32,000 nt of DNA, from contig CAVVDT010000003.1 in NCBI GenBank assembly GCA_963747005.1, positions 336,901 through 368,900 of the forward strand, read 5' to 3'. A model generated the notes under the pieces. It was not told the DNA's origin. It did no database searches and was given only the letters and a program-made list of their open reading frames with translations. Of the stretch, positions 25,591 to 32,000 are shown piece after piece. The first letter of the stretch is position 1, and every line of letters begins with the position of its first letter. Position numbers and translations under genes: made by a program. The stretch comes from an uncultured Alphaproteobacteria bacterium. Lineage in GTDB: Bacteria; Pseudomonadota; Alphaproteobacteria; Rhizobiales; Aestuariivirgaceae.

Positions 25591-26663
25591 AACGACCCCG
25601 CTTCTGAACCTGCCCTTCATCATGGCGGCGCAGGCGCAAAAGCACGTCACGCCACAACGACGCCCTGCTCGGGCTCGATGCGCTGGTGCAGCTTTCGGTG
25701 CTGAGCCGCACCGTGGCCGATCCGCCCGGCTCCCCGCAGGAAGGCGACCGCTATATCGTCGCCGCACCGGCTACGGGCGACTGGACCGGGATGGAAGCTG
25801 CCGTCGCGGCCTTTCAGGATGGCATCTGGCGCTTTTATTCGCCGATGCCGGGCTGGCGTGTGTGGATCAGCGATGAGGCACGCTTTCTCGTGCATGATGC
25901 CACGCAATGGCGCGGGGTTATCGCCGATGCCGATCTGCAGGACGTCGCCGAACTGGGGATCAACGCCACGGCGGACGCCACCAACAAGCTGGCGGTGAAG
26001 TCGCCCGGCGTGCTGTTCGACAACATCGGCAACGACAGCCAGGTCAAGGTCAACAAGGCGGCCGCCGGCGACACCGCTTCGCATCTCTTTCAGACCGGCT
26101 ATTCCGGCCGCGCCGAGTTCGGCCTGACCGGCGACGACGATTTCCACGCCAAGGTCTCGCCCGACGGCGCCGCCTGGAACGATGGCTTGCTCATCGACAA
26201 GTCCAGTGGCCGCGTCACCTTCCCCAGCGGGATCGGTGAACAGGGCACGTGGACCCCGACCGTCACGTTCTCGACACCTGGGGATTTCTCGCCGACCTAT
26301 AGCGCTCAGCAGGCCGATTACATCGGGCTCGGGGATTGGGCTTATGTGAGCTTCTATGTCAAATTCGACACCAACGCCTACACGACCGCGGGCGGCTACC
26401 TTCGTCTCGACGGCCTGCCCTTCGCGAGCCGCGTCGAAGGCACCTTACAGTTCTTCCCTTGCGGCAACGCGATTACCACAAAGGTGGTCTTTCTGACCGC
26501 CTACAAGCAGGTCATGTGGGTGACCCGCACCGGCTTTACCTGGTTGACCTTGATGTCTGTGAACAGTGGCGGCGGCACGTCGTCTCTGGGCGTCCCGACC
26601 CAGTTCCCGGCCTCGACCGCAGGCTTCGAGCTGTGGGGATCATTCTGGTACCGGAGGTCTTAG
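25583..26663 (+). pseudogene. DUF2793 domain tail-fibre-like protein interrupted by a 1-nt frameshift near codon 23
   Basis: The ATG at 25583 overlaps the g15 stop by 8 nt (ATGTCTGA). Frame 2 reads MSETTPLLNLPFIMAAQAQKHVT and then turns into Arg/Pro-rich nonsense. Frame 0 continues from 25653 as HNDALLGLDALVQLSVLSRTVADPPGSPQEGDRYIV..., the expected DUF2793 continuation (QAQKHVTHNEAL.. motif). One extra base lies within ACGCCAC (25649-25655). Confidence 0.75.
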
Positions 26664-26665
26664 CC

Positions 26666-27142
26666 ATGCAGTTCATCGCCCTCGACTTCAATCCCGCCGC
26701 CGTTCCGGTGGGTCTGCTCTTTCGCAAGCAAGACGGTGGCAATCATCGCCGTTGCGTAACGCCCGGCGCGGATATGTCTGATCTGCCGGCCAAAGCACAG
26801 GAGCGAATTGCCGTCCACTGGGAGAGCCTTGGCGGCGATGCGGCATGGCAGGCCATCGCCTATCCGCCGCCGGCGCCGGCCACCGCCGCCGATATCAAGG
26901 CCGAGGCGGAGCGGCGCATCCTCGCAGTGCTGCCGGAATGGAAGCAGAGGAACCTGACGGCGCGCGGGATCGAGCTCTTGCTGGCGCTGGTGAAGAACAG
27001 GGGTTGGACAGCGGCGGAAACAGCCGAAGCCACCGCCATCCAGGCGGACTGGGACAAGGTAAAGGCCATCCGCGCGCGCTCTGACGACCTCGAGCAAGAA
27101 CTGCCGGCAGATTGCATGGCCAACAGGAACTGGCCGGCCTGA
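26666..27142 (+). CDS. Hypothetical protein, tail-fibre-assembly/chaperone-like (DUF4376-like C-terminal motif)
   Basis: The ATG at 26666 lies 3 nt after the DUF2793 stop. IKAEAERRILAVLPEWKQRNLTARGIELL...ADWDKVKAIRARSDDLEQEL resembles phage tail fibre assembly/chaperone domains. The track ORF extension to 26336 overlaps the DUF2793 gene in another frame. Confidence 0.5.
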   Translation: MQFIALDFNPAAVPVGLLFRKQDGGNHRRCVTPGADMSDLPAKAQERIAVHWESLGGDAAWQAIAYPPPAPATAADIKAEAERRILAVLPEWKQRNLTARGIELLLALVKNRGWTAAETAEATAIQADWDKVKAIRARSDDLEQELPADCMANRNWPA

Positions 27143-27317
27143 CCCGCATCGGACGGCCTGGCGGTCTTGTTCTCCCGGTAGCGGCCAGGACCGCCGCTTC
27201 CCGCCGGCCAGGGCGGCATCCCCGGCGGCGATATCGCCCGCCAGTACAACCAGGTGATCGCCACGGTACTCGGCCTGCCGACCAGTCGATCGTAGTCCTG
27301 GCAGGAAAGAGCAGCCA

Positions 27318-27533
27318 ATGGATGAAAGCCTGCATCGCGACATGGGCGAACTGCAAGCCCGTGTGGCGGCCGTCGAGAGCGGCCTGCGCGAACTCAAGAC
27401 CGATGTGCGCGAGGTTCGCGACACCCTCGCCACCTTCCGCGGTGGCTGGCGGGCACTTGCGTTGATCGTCGCGGCGTCGGCGTCGCTCGGTGCCGTCGTG
27501 AGCAAGCTGGCGCCGCTGTTTCTCGGGCGCTGA
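27318..27533 (+). CDS. Small coiled-coil protein with C-terminal TM anchor (XhlA / DUF1515-like lysis-associated architecture)
   Basis: A 71-aa protein with an N-terminal coiled coil (GELQARVAAVESGLRELKTDVREVRDTL) and then a single TM segment (WRALALIVAASASLGAVVSKLAPLF). It is the first gene of the cassette that ends in endolysin and holin. Confidence 0.55.
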   Translation: MDESLHRDMGELQARVAAVESGLRELKTDVREVRDTLATFRGGWRALALIVAASASLGAVVSKLAPLFLGR

Positions 27534-27586
27534 CCGCGTCCTGCCCGCTCGCCAGCCAAAGCCAAATCAACGGAGAGGTTCCTGCC

Positions 27587-27991
27587 ATGCGCGCCATGCC
27601 GGGACTCATGGTGCTGCTTTTGGCGGCATCGCTTGCCATCGATGCGGCGGCTTCGTCGGCCATGCCCCGAACCGGCCCGGTTCTGCCGTCCGGTCCGGTT
27701 GTTGCCTGCCCGCACCTCGCTCGGTTGCTCGACATGGTGAGCCACAATTCCCACCGGCTCACGGCGACCCGGATAAGCAGCGGCAAGATTGCCAAGCTGT
27801 TCGACAATCTACCCGTCGACCTGCCATCGCGTCTTGCCCGTGCCGATACGGCCCTCATCATCCGCGCCGCCAGCGGCAAGGGGCAGGCGATCATCGTGCT
27901 GTTCTTCAACGGTTGCGCGCTCGCTGCCTTGCGCCTGCCCGCCACCGCGGTGGTGCTTGCCATCAGAATAGTCCTTGGACAGGAGATCTGA
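27587..27991 (+). CDS. Hypothetical exported/membrane protein inside the lysis cassette
   Basis: The ATG lies 9 nt after GGAGAGG. It has an N-terminal signal-like segment (MRAMPGLMVLLLAASLAIDAAASSA) and a C-terminal hydrophobic region (AIIVLFFNGCALAALRLPATAVVLAIRIVLG). No family was recognised. Confidence 0.5.
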   Translation: MRAMPGLMVLLLAASLAIDAAASSAMPRTGPVLPSGPVVACPHLARLLDMVSHNSHRLTATRISSGKIAKLFDNLPVDLPSRLARADTALIIRAASGKGQAIIVLFFNGCALAALRLPATAVVLAIRIVLGQEI

Positions 27992-27995
27992 ACCC

Positions 27996-28697
27996 ATGGA
28001 ATTGTGTGAAGATGGCCTTGATCTCATCAAGGCGCAGGAAGGCTTCAGGGCGAGAGCCTATCGGGATGCGACCGGCGTGTGGACCATCGGCTATGGTCAC
28101 ACTTCCATGGCCGGGCCGCCGCATGTGACACCAAGGATGGAAATCTCCGCCCGGCAAGGCGAGGACATCTTCCACCGCGACGTAACGCGCTTTGCCGAGG
28201 GGGTTCGCAAGTCCCTCGAGCGCGACCTTACCGACCGGCAGTTCACCGCCCTGGTGAGCTTTGCCTACAATGTCGGGCTTGCCAATTTCCGCGGGTCTTC
28301 AGTCCTCCGTGCTGTCAATGACGGCGACTTCGAGGCCGTGCCGCGCCGTCTGTCACTATGGGTGAAGGCGGGCGGACGGACCCTGCCTGGCCTCATCAAG
28401 CGTCGGGCGGCCGAAGCCGCCCTGTTCGCGGGTGAAACCGAAGCTTCTGTCGACGGCGGTGCAAGGCACCTGCCCGAGTCGCCCCGCGGCAAGCCCACGC
28501 ACCGCTCGACGACGACGCTCGCCGCCATCGTTTCGGCATTGGCGGCGGCGGCCTCCACCCTCGCTTCAGGGGTGCGCGACCTCGCCGGTGCCCTGCCGGC
28601 GGTGCGCCCATCGATGATCGCTGCGATCATCGTGGCGGGGGCGGCGGCCTGGATCATCCGCGAACGCTGGCTGAAATCGCGCGACGAGGGCGTTTGA
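27996..28697 (+). CDS. GH24 phage-type lysozyme (endolysin) with C-terminal hydrophobic/TM tail
   Basis: MELCEDGLDLIKAQEGFRARAYRDATGVWTIGYGHT carries the E/D/T catalytic triad spacing of T4/lambda-type lysozymes, and FTALVSFAYNVG and LPGLIKRRAAEAALF also fit. The C-terminal 80 aa contains two hydrophobic stretches (TLAAIVSALAAAASTLASGV and MIAAIIVAGAAAWII). Confidence 0.88.
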   Translation: MELCEDGLDLIKAQEGFRARAYRDATGVWTIGYGHTSMAGPPHVTPRMEISARQGEDIFHRDVTRFAEGVRKSLERDLTDRQFTALVSFAYNVGLANFRGSSVLRAVNDGDFEAVPRRLSLWVKAGGRTLPGLIKRRAAEAALFAGETEASVDGGARHLPESPRGKPTHRSTTTLAAIVSALAAAASTLASGVRDLAGALPAVRPSMIAAIIVAGAAAWIIRERWLKSRDEGV

Positions 28698-28698
28698 G

Positions 28699-29187
28699 AT
28701 GCTGCCCATCATCGGCATTCTCGGGCCCCTCTTCAGTTTTGTGCGTGGACCCGTCTTCAGCATCATCGACAAGCTGGTTGTCGATGCAAATCTGAAAGAG
28801 CGCCTGAAGGCGGAACTCGAGCAGCACGTCCTCGACAACCAGTCCGAACTGGCCAAGGTCCAGCGCGACGTCGTGCTCGCCGAGATCGGTTCCGACTCCT
28901 GGATGACCAGCCACTGGCGCCCGTGTCTCATGTTCATCATCATGGGCTTCCTTGTTCTCTACGGCCTGTTCCTGCCGCTCGCCGACCTGATGGCCGGCCG
29001 GCCTGTCGCCTTCTCCCCGCGCTGGACCGACATTCCGGACGGCATGTGGAACCTCCTGAGCCTCGGCGTTGGCGGCTATGTGGGCGGCCGCTCCCTGGAA
29101 AAGCTCGTGTCCACATGGGTCGGAAGGGCAGGCGATCAGGCCGCGCCGCCTACCGGCAAGCGCGGGAATTGGAAGGGGAGCAGGTAA
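28699..29187 (+). CDS. Holin, GTA_holin_3TM (PF11351-like)
   Basis: The ATG lies 2 nt after the lysozyme stop. It has three hydrophobic segments and the AEIGSDSWMTSHWRPCLMFIIMGFLVLYGL motif, which I associate with the holin of 3TMs for gene-transfer release. The endolysin-then-holin order matches the R. capsulatus lysis locus. Confidence 0.75.
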   Translation: MLPIIGILGPLFSFVRGPVFSIIDKLVVDANLKERLKAELEQHVLDNQSELAKVQRDVVLAEIGSDSWMTSHWRPCLMFIIMGFLVLYGLFLPLADLMAGRPVAFSPRWTDIPDGMWNLLSLGVGGYVGGRSLEKLVSTWVGRAGDQAAPPTGKRGNWKGSR

Positions 29188-29253
29188 GCCCCCGCTGGCA
29201 ATCGCGCCTTGATCTGCTAGACAGGCCCCGCCAACAACGAGCGGAGTGAACGA

Positions 29254-29925
29254 ATGCAGGTCAGCGAGGCGGTTCTTTCGCGCATCAGTTGCCGCGGCTT
29301 TCGCAGTGATCCGGTGCCCGGCGATGTCGTGCGTGACATCCTGCGCCTTGCCCGTCACGCCCCGTCGGGTGGCAATCTGCAACCCTGGCACGTCTATGCG
29401 CTCGGGGGCGAGGCGCTGCAGGCAATCATTGCCGACGTCACCGCCAAATTCCCTGAAATGCCCCATGGCGAAGGCGGCGAATACCGTGTCTATCCCGAAA
29501 ATCTGAAGGAGCCCTATCGCTCGCGCCGCTTCAAGTGCGGCGAGGACCTCTATGCCCTGCTCAATATCGAGCGCGCCGACAGGCCCGGCCGGCGCCGGCA
29601 ATTCTGCAATAATTTCCGCTTTTTCGACGCCCCCCTCGGGCTCTTCATTTATATCGATCGCCAGATGCAGCCCGGCCAGTGGGCCGATGTCGGCATGTTC
29701 TTGCAGACCATCATGCTGCTGGCGCGCCAGCACGGCCTTCATACCTGTCCCCAGGAAGCCTGGGCCGCCTGGCATAAGACCATCGCCGCCCACCTCGCAC
29801 CTCCCCCCGAACTGATGCTTTTCTGTGGTCTGGCCATGGGATACATGGATCCGGACCATCCCCTCAACGGGTTGCGAACCGAACGCGCCGCGATAGAGGA
29901 ATTCTGCACGTTCATCGGCACTTGA
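29254..29925 (+). CDS. Nitroreductase family protein
   Basis: AVLSRISCRGFRSDPVPGDVVRDILRLARHAPSGGNLQPWHVY is the nitroreductase N-terminal signature. GGAG lies 7 nt upstream of the ATG. Confidence 0.88.
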   Translation: MQVSEAVLSRISCRGFRSDPVPGDVVRDILRLARHAPSGGNLQPWHVYALGGEALQAIIADVTAKFPEMPHGEGGEYRVYPENLKEPYRSRRFKCGEDLYALLNIERADRPGRRRQFCNNFRFFDAPLGLFIYIDRQMQPGQWADVGMFLQTIMLLARQHGLHTCPQEAWAAWHKTIAAHLAPPPELMLFCGLAMGYMDPDHPLNGLRTERAAIEEFCTFIGT

Positions 29926-29985
29926 GGGCCGGTGCCATTCATGTCGGGTTCATCTGTTTCCCCCTATTTTAGCCCCGGTCGTGGA

Positions 29986-30366
29986 ATGCATGTGATGAAC
30001 CGAGCACCTGTCCATATTGCCATATTGCTGGCAGCAAGCCTTGGCTTCGCCGCCGGGGCGCAAGCCTTTACGCCTGATGCACCGGACTATGGCGCCCAGG
30101 AATATGCTGTTGCACAGCAGGTTCCGATCTATGCGCAATCCTACAACAGCTATCAAAACGGGGCGAAGAAGCCCGGCAACGGCAATCAGATGATAACGCC
30201 GTCTGCGGCCCTGCAGGCGGCGTTGGGCTATGCGCCCGGTAGCCAGGGGCTCGGCGTGCGGCTTTTACAGGGCTCGCGTCTCGTATACGCTGTAAAGCTC
30301 AAGTCCGGTAACCGGATTCGCCGTGTGCTGGTCGACGCTCAAACCGGCCGCGTTCTCGGCGAGTAG
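29986..30366 (+). CDS. PepSY domain-containing periplasmic protein
   Basis: It has a signal peptide (MHVMNRAPVHIAILLAASLGFAAGAQA) and a C-terminal PepSY fold motif (ITPSAALQAALGYAPGSQGLGVRLLQGSRLVYAVKLKSGNRIRRVLVDAQTGRVLG). The start is uncertain (29932, 29986 or 29995). In position and size it resembles FeuN-type modulators upstream of FeuPQ-like systems; this is tentative. Confidence 0.7.
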   Translation: MHVMNRAPVHIAILLAASLGFAAGAQAFTPDAPDYGAQEYAVAQQVPIYAQSYNSYQNGAKKPGNGNQMITPSAALQAALGYAPGSQGLGVRLLQGSRLVYAVKLKSGNRIRRVLVDAQTGRVLGE

Positions 30367-30413
30367 ATCCCGCGGGCCGGTATCCGTGGCTTTCGGTCCT
30401 GGAGGTAGCGCAT

Positions 30414-31085
30414 ATGCGATTGCTCGTCGTCGAAGATGATCCAGACCTGAACCGCCAGCTCGTCACGGCACTGAGCGATGCTGGCTACGTGGTGGATGCG
30501 GCCAAGGATGGCGAAGAAGGGCATTTCCTGGGTGACACCGAGCCCTATGATGCCATCGTGCTCGATCTTGGTTTGCCGATCATGGATGGTGTGACGGTGC
30601 TTGAGCAGTGGCGCCGCGCCGGCCACAAGACGCCGGTGCTCATTCTCACTGCCCGTGATCGCTGGAGCGACAAGGTGGCTGGTTTCGACGCCGGTGCCGA
30701 CGATTACGTGTCGAAGCCGTTCCACATGGAAGAAGTGCTCGCCCGCATTCGCGCGCTGCTGCGGCGCAGTGCCGGTCATGCCACCAGCGAACTCCTGTGC
30801 GGCGCCTTGATGCTCGACACCAAGGGCGCGCGGGTGACGGTCGACGGGCAGGCGATCAAACTGACATCGCTCGAATTCCGTCTCCTGAGCTATCTGATGC
30901 ATCACAAGGGCAGGGTGGTTTCGCGCACCGAACTGGTGGAGCACCTGTACGATCAGGATTTCGATCGCGACTCCAATACCATCGAAGTGTTCGTCGGCCG
31001 CCTGCGCAAGAAACTCGGCATCGACATGCTGCGTACCGTGCGCGGTCTGGGATATTGCATCACCGATCCCGATGATGCGGACTAA
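30414..31085 (+). CDS. OmpR/PhoB-family response regulator (FeuP-like)
   Basis: GGAGG RBS. The receiver domain is MRLLVVEDDPDLNRQL...DAIVLDLGLPIMDG...VLILTARDRWSDKVAGFDAGADDYVSKPF. The winged-helix output is LTSLEFRLLSYLMHHKGRVVSRTELVEHLY...NTIEVFVGRLRKKLG...IRTVRGLGY. Confidence 0.92.
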   Translation: MRLLVVEDDPDLNRQLVTALSDAGYVVDAAKDGEEGHFLGDTEPYDAIVLDLGLPIMDGVTVLEQWRRAGHKTPVLILTARDRWSDKVAGFDAGADDYVSKPFHMEEVLARIRALLRRSAGHATSELLCGALMLDTKGARVTVDGQAIKLTSLEFRLLSYLMHHKGRVVSRTELVEHLYDQDFDRDSNTIEVFVGRLRKKLGIDMLRTVRGLGYCITDPDDAD

Positions 31086-32000
31086 CTCCCTAGCCTTCAG
31101 ACTGACGGCCTCTGCCGCCGCGGTCAGTCTGGTGCTTCTGGTCGTTGCCGGCCTGCTGCTGTCCAAATTGTTCCAGGATGCCGTCGAACGCAATTTCGAC
31201 GCACGCCTGCAATCCGTTCTCGATGGCTTGCTCAGTGCCGTGGAGATTGGCAGCGGCAACAAGGTCGTGCTGTCGGGCGCCATCGCCGACAGCCGCTTCA
31301 GGCTGCCGCTGTCGGGTTGGTATTGGCAAATCACCCCCATCAACGGCCCTGTGGACAAGGGACTGAAGTCGGACTCCCTGCTCGAACAACGCCTCAAGCC
31401 GAGCGCCGAGCAACTGGCAAATCGCGACGCCAACAACATCGCGCATTTCTATATATCGGACGTCAACGGCACCCGGCTCAGGGCCATCGGAACCGAATAC
31501 ACCCTGTTCGATGCCGGGCGCTATTCGCTCATCGTTGCCGGCAATTTCGATGAGCTCAAGAAGGAGGTCTCGGCCTTTCAGGGTGCGCTGTTCCTCGTCC
31601 TCGCCGTGCTCGGGGTCGGGTTGCTGATCGCCATCCTGCTGCAGGTGATATATGGCCTGAGACCCTTGCGGACGTTGGAAAGCGAACTATCGGGAATCCG
31701 CCAGGGCCAGCGTGAACTCCTGTCGGAGGAATATCCTTCCGAGATCGCCCCGGTCGCCGACGAGCTCAACCTGCTCATCCAGTCGAATGCCGAAATCGTC
31801 GATCGCGCCCGCACTCAGGTGGGCAATCTGGCCCATGCCTTGAAGACGCCGCTGAGCGTGCTGGCGAACGAGGCCCGCCTTTCGAAGAGCGAGCTTGCTG
31901 CGAAGGTCGATGAACAGACCGGCATCATGCGCGACCAGGTCTCCCTCTACCTCGATCGCGCCCGTCGTGCCGCCCGTGCCCAGACGCTCGGATCATCGAC
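31072..32000 (+). CDS. Sensor histidine kinase (FeuQ-like), 3' end beyond the window
   Basis: It is absent from the ORF track because the frame never closes. ATGATG at 31072 overlaps the regulator stop by 14 nt. It has TM1 (AAAVSLVLLVVAGLLLSKLF), a periplasmic domain, TM2 (ALFLVLAVLGVGLLIAILLQVIY), a HAMP-like linker and an H-box (QVGNLAHALKTPLSVLANE). Confidence 0.85.
   Translation, partial: MMRTNSLAFRLTASAAAVSLVLLVVAGLLLSKLFQDAVERNFDARLQSVLDGLLSAVEIGSGNKVVLSGAIADSRFRLPLSGWYWQITPINGPVDKGLKSDSLLEQRLKPSAEQLANRDANNIAHFYISDVNGTRLRAIGTEYTLFDAGRYSLIVAGNFDELKKEVSAFQGALFLVLAVLGVGLLIAILLQVIYGLRPLRTLESELSGIRQGQRELLSEEYPSEIAPVADELNLLIQSNAEIVDRARTQVGNLAHALKTPLSVLANEARLSKSELAAKVDEQTGIMRDQVSLYLDRARRAARAQTLGSS

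Larger units (their letters stand above)
11553..29187 (+). other. RcGTA-type gene transfer agent region: head-tail cluster (g1-like to g15) plus contiguous fibre-like, chaperone-like and lysis genes
   Basis: All genes lie on one strand in canonical RcGTA order, mostly joined by overlapping stop/start codons. The tape measure is short (188 aa). No integrase, repressor, replication or excision genes are present. The flanks are chromosomal housekeeping genes. Confidence 0.85.

Noticed and set aside
25550-25876. 108-aa ORF that might be taken for an independent small gene after g15.
   Set aside because: Only its first ~23 codons from ATG 25583 are meaningful, as the DUF2793 N-terminus. The rest is out-of-frame read-through created by the 1-nt frameshift.
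26336-26665. N-terminal extension of the chaperone-like ORF (track ORF 26336..27142).
   Set aside because: It overlaps the 3' end of the DUF2793 gene in another frame. ATG 26666 immediately follows the DUF2793 stop, as elsewhere in this coupled operon.
27620-27720. ACPH motif in the exported protein (27587..27991) as an Ivy-type lysozyme-inhibitor loop (CKPHDC).
   Set aside because: Only CPH is shared. The flanking disulfide cysteine is missing, and Ivy targets C-type rather than GH24 lysozymes. It is kept only as a speculative alternative in the lysis-cassette finding.
11553-29187. Interpretation of the region as an intact or inducible prophage.
   Set aside because: No integrase, excisionase, repressor, replication or DNA-modification genes are present. 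There is no tRNA or obvious att-like boundary. The tape measure is very short and the gene order is that of RcGTA-type clusters embedded between housekeeping genes. Direct-repeat boundaries could not be searched exhaustively by eye.

Overview
GC-rich chromosomal window, by gene content an alphaproteobacterium of the Rhizobiales/Hyphomicrobiales type. No rRNA, tRNA, CRISPR array, transposase or integrase was recognised. (1) 1-11.3 kb is a conserved housekeeping and envelope neighbourhood: DUF2336 protein with an acidic extension, MucR/Ros regulator, PAS_5 protein, DUF6456-like protein, SufE, DUF5330-like protein, peptidoglycan-binding protein, DUF1491, a class A PBP co-oriented with DUF1214/DUF1254 genes, and YcgN. 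(2) 11.5-25.6 kb is a complete, single-strand, tightly coupled RcGTA-type gene transfer agent (GTA) head-tail cluster. It runs from a g1-like HTH protein through TerL, portal, prohead protease, HK97 capsid, connector, head closure, DUF3168, major tail, g10, g10.1, short tape measure, DUF2460, DUF2163 and NlpC/P60 to the 1299-aa g15 megatron. (3) 25.6-29.2 kb holds accessory genes fused to the end of that cluster: a DUF2793 tail-fibre-like gene interrupted by a 1-nt frameshift, a chaperone-like gene, and a four-gene lysis cassette ending in a GH24 endolysin and a GTA_holin_3TM-type holin. (4) 29.2-32 kb carries a nitroreductase, a PepSY protein, an OmpR-family response regulator and a 3'-truncated sensor kinase. 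Most notable observations: a textbook -1 frameshift signal (G GGA AAC, 6-nt spacer, 10-bp GC hairpin) joining g10 to g10.1; the lysis cassette and fibre-like gene physically linked to the GTA structural cluster; an extra coupled ORF between g7 and g8; the frameshifted DUF2793 gene; and a near-consensus sigma70-type promoter with a long leader upstream of the cluster. All family assignments come from reading the translated ORFs against remembered family motifs; no database search was run.
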